Position numbers and translations under genes: made by a program
Part shown: in pieces, positions 9,778 through 15,961 of the stretch
How the letters are laid out: every line of letters starts with the position of its first letter
Numbering within the stretch: position 1 is the stretch's first letter
Notes under the pieces: generated by a model
What the model was told of the DNA's origin: nothing
Databases searched by the model: none
What the model saw: only the letters and a program-made list of their open reading frames with translations
Assembly: GCA_019242435.1 (NCBI GenBank)
Contig: JAFAVN010000187.1
Span: 1 to 34,555, forward strand
Direction: 5' to 3'
DNA length: 34,555 nt
Source: Verrucomicrobiota bacterium
GTDB taxonomy: Bacteria; Verrucomicrobiota; Verrucomicrobiia; Chthoniobacterales; JAFAMB01

Positions 9778-9803
9778 GATCGGCTTACCTGTCTAAGCCG
9801 ATC
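9778..9803 (-). terminator. Hairpin terminator between convergent genes
   Basis: Perfect 10-bp stem GATCGGCTTA / TAAGCCGATC with the 6-nt loop CCTGTC. On the minus strand it is followed by TTTCTTC. Confidence 0.65.
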
Positions 9804-9829
9804 GCCCTCGTTCCTAATGGCGCTCATCG

Positions 9830-10165
9830 TTACCTCGCAAACACGACGCAGCCCAAGGAAATCAGAATAGTGACAGCAGCTACTATCAGCGCCAGTTGCT
9901 GATATGCCGGCAACGCCGACCACCAACGCTCGACATAGATCAAGAGCACAAAGTTCTTGCCGAATGTCTTTTCGATATTTTGATCCGCTCCCTTAAGTTT
10001 GTCGTACGGAATTGTACTATTTACCTCGCCCGACTCCTCACTCGCCTTTTTTTCCGCCGAACTTCTCTCCCCAACCAAGTAAATCCCTTCGGCTGCAGCC
10101 AGGCCAAGTATCAGAATGACAATCCCGATACGATAGAGTCTGGAACCTTTGAGCAGAGCGGCCAC
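9830..10165 (-). CDS. Small two-TM membrane protein, unknown function
   Basis: 111-aa ORF with a GTG start and two hydrophobic helices flanking a charged loop. It is followed by a strong hairpin terminator. Confidence 0.5.
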   Translation of the reverse strand: MAALLKGSRLYRIGIVILILGLAAAEGIYLVGERSSAEKKASEESGEVNSTIPYDKLKGADQNIEKTFGKNFVLLIYVERWWSALPAYQQLALIVAAVTILISLGCVVFAR

Positions 10166-10213
10166 CAGTTCATTCTACGTTTTGCTGCGGTATTATCGCA
10201 AACGATTATGGTG

Positions 10214-10356
10214 AAGGTTGAAGGAGTTCGAGGAGTGCTCACAAAGAAAGCGATCAATCGTAGCCTGTCCCATGGACAAGCAACTCATTCATTCTTTCGG
10301 AATTCGATTGACCTCCAGGATGAATCCCGCAGCACTCCTTGAACTCGTTGAACTCT
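10214..10356. repeat. 143-bp element bounded by 26-nt imperfect inverted repeats built from 9-mer units
   Basis: 10214-10239 versus the reverse complement of 10331-10356 gives 21/26 matches, and the inner 16 nt give 15/16. A nested pair GATCAATCG / CGATTGACC lies inside. Confidence 0.7.
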
Positions 10357-10370
10357 TTGAACTCCTCTCT
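10335..10370. repeat. Tandem 9-mer array CTCNTTGAA, 3.9 copies
   Basis: The array reads CTCCTTGAA CTCGTTGAA CTCTTTGAA CTCCTCTCT directly in the sequence. Confidence 0.8.
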
Positions 10371-10381
10371 ATCGATGTTCG

Positions 10382-10417
10382 TTATTGACAAGCGTTATAC
10401 CCCAAATTTACTCAAAA
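10382..10417 (+). promoter_or_regulatory. Promoter-like module upstream of the multicopper oxidase (copy A of a repeated 36-nt motif)
   Basis: TTGACA at 10385-10390, a 16-nt spacer, then TTTACT at 10407-10412. 30 of 36 positions are identical to 14895-14930. Confidence 0.55.
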
Positions 10418-10496
10418 TGCCGAGTTAGGGTATTGTCTTCGACGTTGGCACGGACTACTCGGCTTGCTTACGTTGTTCCCGCAGGATTCACAAACT

Positions 10497-12008
10497 ATGA
10501 GACAGAGCGAAGAGAACCGCATAACGCGCCGGCAATTCTTGCTGGCTAGTGCTTTGGCTGGAGGCAGCGTAATTGTACCCACATCGACGACGGCGCAGAA
10601 CTCGATGCCGATGGCCATGCCGACAACCACTCCAGCGCCGCCGGTTCAAGCCGGACCAGCGAACGTGAGCTTGCGCATCGCCACGGGTCTTCTCGAGCTT
10701 GCCCCCGATCACATAGTCTCGACGACGCTCTATAATGGCCAGTTCCCCGGCCCGCCGTTGCGTTTCAAGGAAGGGGTGCCGATTACGGTTGACGTGTTCA
10801 ACGATACGGATACGCCGGAGCTTGTGCACTGGCACGGCCAGATCATCCCAAGCGACGTTGACGGCGCAGCCGAAGAAGGCACGCCCTATGTGCCGGCGCA
10901 CGGCATGCGACGCATAACCCTCACACCGAAGCCGGCCGGCTTTCGGTTCTACCACACGCATGTCGTGGCCGGGGGCGATCTCAATCGCGGCACGTACACG
11001 GGCCAGGTTGGCCCGGTTTACATCGAGCCCAAGAACGATGCAGGCGCTTACGACCGAGAAATTTTTCTCACGCTCAAGGAATTCGAGCCGACCTTTAGCC
11101 TGGGAGGCGATATGGCGATGGATTTTCTTGCCGGAGCTCCGATACCCGAGCTGCAACAGATCGGCAGGAAATCCGATATCGCCGCAGAGCAAAAGATCAA
11201 GGGCTACGAGGTCGGCTATGACCTCTTCAGCATCAACGGCAAGATCCTGGGTCAAGGCGAGCCGCTCAAGGTCCGGCTGGGTGAACGCGTTCTTTTTCAC
11301 GTGCTCAACGCTAGCGCGACTGAAATTCGCAGCCTGGCCCTGCCCGGCCATCGCTTCCATGTGGTTTCGCTCGATGGCAACCTTGTGCCCAATCCGGCGG
11401 ATGTGCCGGTCCTGTGGATCGGCACTGCCGAGCGCATCTCGGCGATTGTCGAGATGAACCACCCGGGGGTGTGGGTCTTGGGCGACCTCTCCGATGACGA
11501 TCGTGGGCACGGCATGGGTATCGTTGTCGAGTACGCTGGGCGCAGCGGCAAGCCACAATGGATCAAGCCTAAGCCTTACCGTTGGGACTACACCCTGTTC
11601 GCCAGACCCGGAGCAACTGCCCCAATACCAGATGAGGCAATCGAAATGCTCATCGTCAAGCACAACGGAGCGCTGCACGGGTTTAACGAGTGGACCCTTA
11701 ACGGCCAGGCATTCTCGATGGAAACAATGACCCCGAAGCTAACCGTGCACCAGGGCAAACGCTACCGGCTCAAATTTCGCAATGCGAGCGACGACGTGCA
11801 TCCGTTACATCTGCACCGCCATAGTTTCGAGCTGGTGCGCGTCGGCGGCAAGTCGACCGCTGGGGTCATTAAGGACGTTGTGATGGTCGGTGGATTTCAG
11901 GAGGTCGAGTTCGATTTCGTCGCAGACAATCCAGGTCTGACGCTCTTCCACTGCCACCAGCAGCTGCACATGGACTTCGGCTTCATGCAACTGATTGAAT
12001 ATGTTTGA
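10497..12008 (+). CDS. Tat-exported three-domain multicopper oxidase
   Basis: It has the twin-arginine signal ITRRQFLLASALAGG and all four copper motifs: HWHG, YHTHV, HPLHLHRH and HCHQQLHMDFGFM. The ATG at 10497 is preferred over the TTG at 10464. Confidence 0.9.
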   Translation: MRQSEENRITRRQFLLASALAGGSVIVPTSTTAQNSMPMAMPTTTPAPPVQAGPANVSLRIATGLLELAPDHIVSTTLYNGQFPGPPLRFKEGVPITVDVFNDTDTPELVHWHGQIIPSDVDGAAEEGTPYVPAHGMRRITLTPKPAGFRFYHTHVVAGGDLNRGTYTGQVGPVYIEPKNDAGAYDREIFLTLKEFEPTFSLGGDMAMDFLAGAPIPELQQIGRKSDIAAEQKIKGYEVGYDLFSINGKILGQGEPLKVRLGERVLFHVLNASATEIRSLALPGHRFHVVSLDGNLVPNPADVPVLWIGTAERISAIVEMNHPGVWVLGDLSDDDRGHGMGIVVEYAGRSGKPQWIKPKPYRWDYTLFARPGATAPIPDEAIEMLIVKHNGALHGFNEWTLNGQAFSMETMTPKLTVHQGKRYRLKFRNASDDVHPLHLHRHSFELVRVGGKSTAGVIKDVVMVGGFQEVEFDFVADNPGLTLFHCHQQLHMDFGFMQLIEYV

Positions 12009-12106
12009 GCATCCTCGTATCGTTCTCGAAGGCAGTGCTGGGCGGGCAGGACACTAGGCTCTTTTTGTAAAGAGCGTTACAAGTCCTGGCAATCACAGCC
12101 CTCGGG

Positions 12107-13336
12107 ATGGACATGACTCCTTCTACAAATGGCGCCGCGATAACGCAGGGTTTTGCGCGGGGGAATTACCTTGAGATTTTCTTGGTGTTCTTGCGACTTG
12201 GATTGACATCTTTCGGCGGTCCAATCGCGCATCTGGGTTACTTTCGGCAGGAATTCGTGGACCGGAGAAAGTGGCTGACTGAAGAGATCTTCGCCGATCT
12301 CGTCGCACTCTGTAATTTCTTGCCCGGTCCAACCAGCAGCCAGGTTTCCTATTCGATTGGGATGACACGCGGCGGCATTCCCGGCGCCATCTGTGCCTGG
12401 GGAGCGTTTACCCTTCCATCGGCGATTATCATGTTGTTCGCCGCCTATAGCATTCACTGGTTCAGTGGAGCTCAAGGAGCTAGCTGGCTTCACGGTTTGA
12501 AAATTGTCGCTGTGGCCGTTGTAGCTCAAGCAGTCTGGTCAATGGCAACAAGGCTTTGTACCGATCGCACTCGAATCTCTTTCGCCTTTGTGGCAGCCAT
12601 GATTATATTATTAACTAACAACTCTTGGATTCAGGTGCTTACAATTGCACTTGGCGCATTGGCCGGCTGGAAATTGATTCGGGTTAGCGCGCCCTCGGAG
12701 AAACCAGAACTGTTCGCCCGGCTGCCGAACTGGATTGGATCCACCACTGCGCTTGCGATATTTGCTTTTTGCCTTCTGATCATCCCTTTTTTGGCTGCTG
12801 GCAAGCGCGACGGCTGGCTTGCCCTTTTTGACATTTTCTATCGTACTGGATCGCTGGTTTTCGGAGGTGGACATGTTGTTCTACCTCTTTTGCAAGCTGA
12901 GGTAGTTCCAAGGGGCTGGGTGGACAATAATACGTTCTTAGCCGGGTACGGAATTGCTCAGGCGTTGCCCGGCCCGCTCTTCTCGTTTGCGGCATATCTG
13001 GGAGCTGCAAAGAATGGTTCGCCTAGCGGTTGGCTCGCCGGGTTCTGGTGTATATTTGCAATCTTACTGGCTCCCATGCTTCTAGTTACCGGGCTGCTAC
13101 CACTGTGGAGTCGGCTCCGAGCGTCCAGAGCAACTCAGTCGTTGTTGGCCGGCGCTAATGCCACTGTGGTCGGAATTTTATTAGCCGCGCTTTATCAACC
13201 TATTTGGACAAGCACGATCGATTCAGCGAAGAGTTTAGCGCTCGCACTGGTCCTGTTTGTTGGTTTGCAAATCTGGAAAGTAGCGCCATGGATCCTGGTT
13301 ATCGTCGGAGCTATATCCGGCGGCATCTTTTTGTGA
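12107..13336 (+). CDS. chrA: Chromate ion transporter (CHR family, two-domain long form)
   Basis: 409-aa polytopic ORF with the hallmark LRLGLTSFGGPIAHLGYFRQEFVDRRKWL...FLPGPTSSQ, plus a second-half repeat SLVFGGGHVVLPLL...ALPGPLFSFAAYLG. Confidence 0.9.
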   Translation: MDMTPSTNGAAITQGFARGNYLEIFLVFLRLGLTSFGGPIAHLGYFRQEFVDRRKWLTEEIFADLVALCNFLPGPTSSQVSYSIGMTRGGIPGAICAWGAFTLPSAIIMLFAAYSIHWFSGAQGASWLHGLKIVAVAVVAQAVWSMATRLCTDRTRISFAFVAAMIILLTNNSWIQVLTIALGALAGWKLIRVSAPSEKPELFARLPNWIGSTTALAIFAFCLLIIPFLAAGKRDGWLALFDIFYRTGSLVFGGGHVVLPLLQAEVVPRGWVDNNTFLAGYGIAQALPGPLFSFAAYLGAAKNGSPSGWLAGFWCIFAILLAPMLLVTGLLPLWSRLRASRATQSLLAGANATVVGILLAALYQPIWTSTIDSAKSLALALVLFVGLQIWKVAPWILVIVGAISGGIFL

Positions 13337-13339
13337 CCG

Positions 13340-13675
13340 TCATTCGATCAGCTCATGAAAGAGCTCGCGTAGCTTCCGCTTAGCGGCAGCGAGCGCTTTT
13401 TTACCTTTCTTTGTGGCTGAATACTCGCGCCAAGCGCGACGCCCCTCGCGTCTGACCTCTACCGAAAGGTAGCCCCGCTTTTGCAGACCATGTAATAAGG
13501 GATAGATAGTACCCGGGCTCATTTCATAGCCGTGCCGCCGAAGTTCTTCAATCATCCAGAAACCCACCAAAGGCTCCTGTGCGGCATGGTGGAGGATATG
13601 CAGGCGAATAAAACCACTCAGAAACTCGCGGTGATCGGACTCCAGCATTTTTCGATGTAATACTTTCGGAGCCAT
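13340..13675 (-). CDS. PadR family transcriptional regulator
   Basis: It has the winged-helix signature LHILHHAAQEPLVGFWMIEELRRHGYEMSPGTIYPLLHGLQKRGYL. The ORF is open to a TTG at 13711, and ATG starts occur at 13675 and 13648. It is convergent with chrA, with the two stops 3 nt apart. Confidence 0.85.
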   Translation of the reverse strand: MAPKVLHRKMLESDHREFLSGFIRLHILHHAAQEPLVGFWMIEELRRHGYEMSPGTIYPLLHGLQKRGYLSVEVRREGRRAWREYSATKKGKKALAAAKRKLRELFHELIE

Positions 13676-14275
13676 GACAATTTGCAACCTTGGCGCACAA
13701 GCGCTCCGCAAGGCAAGTCTAATTGGCTGGATTCACTATCGCGATTCGTTACCGTGGAATCAGGCCTGGAGCCGCCGCCGAATGGCCATCGAGATGCGAA
13801 TGAAATCAAGCGAGTGGTTTATAGGCAGCACTGGCAGGAGGTGGCTTTACGATAGATCGGTTCTGGCTTTGATTGTCTTTTCTGTCCCTTGTCTCAGACT
13901 CCGCAATCGCTGGCTGTCGATCGCCAAGGTCTTGGATTTCAGAAGACCGAGGTAATCCGGACCGATGATAACCCTGAGATAAAGGAAGACTCATTATTAG
14001 GGCAATATACGATTCGCACCCATTGGTCTGAGAGCGGGACCCAACTCATTTCAGATATTTCATTTCGAACAAAGGACTCGCGAGATGGTCAAATGACGAT
14101 CGTTCGCGACTGGCTGATGGCGGAAAGACTCTGGTCTGGAGAAGCACGCTGAAAATAGCCGGTCAGTCAAGAAGTTGGGCGGTCCGCCGTGTCTGGCGTA
14201 AGCGCGGATCTCGATGAAAAGATCCGCCGATTGCCAGTTGGAACCGGCACTTAAGCTGGTAGCTTCTCGAAGACC

Positions 14276-14773
14276 TCAGTTACTGCTGCCCGGCTCCGCC
14301 AACCCTTTCATGCTTGTTTCTAATCGCAACCGGTCCAGCTGATCAAAGGAGAAATTGTTAAAGAGCAGTAGACGGTGTCGAATAGCTGCGGCGACCCGAT
14401 AATAACTGTCCTCTACTTCCTTCGCAGAGCCTTGCGTTTTTCTTGGATCTCTAAACGGCCAATTAGCCAAAATTGGTTTACCGGGAAACGCCTGACTAGT
14501 CGTCTTGCCTTCTTCGGACAGGGTCACAATGAAATCGAGCTGCCGGTCTTCAAATTCACGCCAAGACTTGCTCCGGGCATCCGACGTGTCTATTTGAAAC
14601 TTGTCCTGCAAGATTTTCAGCGTGACTGGGGAGACTTGTTGTAAGGGAGTGACTCCGGCGCTGAATACTTCGAACCTTTTGGCACCGAGCTCTCTCATGA
14701 AGTACTCAGCAAAAATGCTTCTGCCAGCATTCCATCTGCACAGAAACAGAATCGAGAACTTTGCTTCTGCCAT
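14276..14773 (-). CDS. LMW-PTP / ArsC-fold phosphatase (arsenate-reductase-like, single catalytic Cys)
   Basis: 165 aa with the P-loop LFLCRWNAGRS (C-x5-R-S), FSAGV, and an RDP acid loop. It aligns by eye along Bacillus-type ArsC, but the TLCGDAADKCP segment reads TLSEEGKTTSQAFP, with no resolving cysteines. Confidence 0.8.
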   Translation of the reverse strand: MAEAKFSILFLCRWNAGRSIFAEYFMRELGAKRFEVFSAGVTPLQQVSPVTLKILQDKFQIDTSDARSKSWREFEDRQLDFIVTLSEEGKTTSQAFPGKPILANWPFRDPRKTQGSAKEVEDSYYRVAAAIRHRLLLFNNFSFDQLDRLRLETSMKGLAEPGSSN

Positions 14774-14894
14774 ATGTACAAGACGAGGTTGAGATTGAGC
14801 GGCGCGGATTCAGAAGAAGCCGGGTAGTGTTACGCATTCTGCGCGACTTTAGCCGCACATCAGCTACACCCCCCCGAATCTATATTAGTCCTCT

Positions 14895-14930
14895 TTATTG
14901 ACAAGGGGTATGCTCCAAATTTAGTCAAGA
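14895..14930 (+). promoter_or_regulatory. Promoter-like module upstream of the DUF2064-rSAM genes (copy B of the repeated 36-nt motif)
   Basis: TTGACA at 14898-14903, a 16-nt spacer, then TTTAGT at 14920-14925. The spacing and flanks match copy A. Confidence 0.55.
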
Positions 14931-15056
14931 ATACCAGGCTGGCGCCTGCCCCTACAACAGGTCGAACGCATTATCGTTGTCCTCCCACGCCAAACAATGA
15001 AACCTGAAATACTGATTCCGGGCTGCTGGAATTCTGAGGTCGCGGACCGATGTGCG

Positions 15057-15782
15057 ATGGGAATTATGATCAAGACTCCTCGAAACGGCTTCTCGAAAAC
15101 CCGACTTTGCCCTCCCCTTTCAGGGGAAGAAGCGGCCGGTATCAGCCGTTGCTTTCTAAAAGATACCGGCGCCACGCTCAAAGCCCTCAGCCACCAAGAT
15201 CCTTTCGCAGTCGGTGTTGCGGTTTACACGCCGCTTGGATCCGAGGGTGAACTTGAAGAACTTTTGCCCGCCGGATTCAAAATGATCGCCCAGCGTGACA
15301 AAGATTTCGGGCCTCGCCTGGTAGGAGCCATCCAGGACCTGTTCTCCATCGGATTTGGGGCGGTTTGTCTGATAAGCTCGGATAGCCCGACTCTTCCGTT
15401 TTCTCACTTACAAGAATTGGCAACTTTTCTCAAAGAACCCAAGGACCGAGTCGTTATCGGGCCAAGCTCGGATGGCGGCTATTACGCTATAGGAATGCGC
15501 CATCCGCACCCGAGACTTTTTGAGGAAATTTCCTGGAATACGGATCGGGTTTACGTCGAGACCCTCGAAAGAGCAAAAGAGATCGACCTGCCGGCAATTG
15601 CCTTGCCGGCCTGGTACGATGTGGATGACCGGTTTTCATTACATCGGCTCCTATCCGAGCTATTCCCTGAGCGGACGCACCAGCCGATGCCTAAAGGAGC
15701 GCCCGCCGCAACCACCAAGGGCTTCCTGCGCCAAATGTTCGTACAAGAAGGCACCGGCCGAATCTGGCCGGATGGGCGCTAA
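15057..15782 (+). CDS. DUF2064 / TIGR04282-type (CofC-like) transferase
   Basis: It carries the signature MIKTPRNGFSKTRLCPPLSGEEAA, then LISSDSPTLP, DGGYYAIG, ISWNTDRVY and WYDVDD. An alternative upstream ATG lies at 14997. Confidence 0.8.
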   Translation: MGIMIKTPRNGFSKTRLCPPLSGEEAAGISRCFLKDTGATLKALSHQDPFAVGVAVYTPLGSEGELEELLPAGFKMIAQRDKDFGPRLVGAIQDLFSIGFGAVCLISSDSPTLPFSHLQELATFLKEPKDRVVIGPSSDGGYYAIGMRHPHPRLFEEISWNTDRVYVETLERAKEIDLPAIALPAWYDVDDRFSLHRLLSELFPERTHQPMPKGAPAATTKGFLRQMFVQEGTGRIWPDGR

Positions 15783-15961
15783 TGATAGGTGTCAAGAGGT
15801 TGGCTCGCACAATCCGTCGCTCTGCTGGCGGCTGTTTTACCGGCTTGAAGCAGATGATAACACTGCCGTGAAATCGACATTTGATTTCGACGGAAGCGAC
15901 CGCAGTGTAAGCTCGAAGAGAGCGCCACCTGCAAGGCTAGCAGGCGGGGAAGCGACACCAT

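Noticed and set aside
10488-11678. 396-aa ORF on the minus strand
   Set aside because: It lies entirely antisense to the multicopper oxidase gene, which has all four copper motifs. Its Arg/Ala/Gly-rich composition is typical of shadow ORFs in GC-rich coding DNA.
12058-12075. Hairpin GCTCTTT-TTGT-AAAGAGC after the multicopper oxidase gene as a terminator
   Set aside because: The stem is short and AT-rich with no U-tract. chrA may well be co-transcribed, so I did not list it as a terminator.
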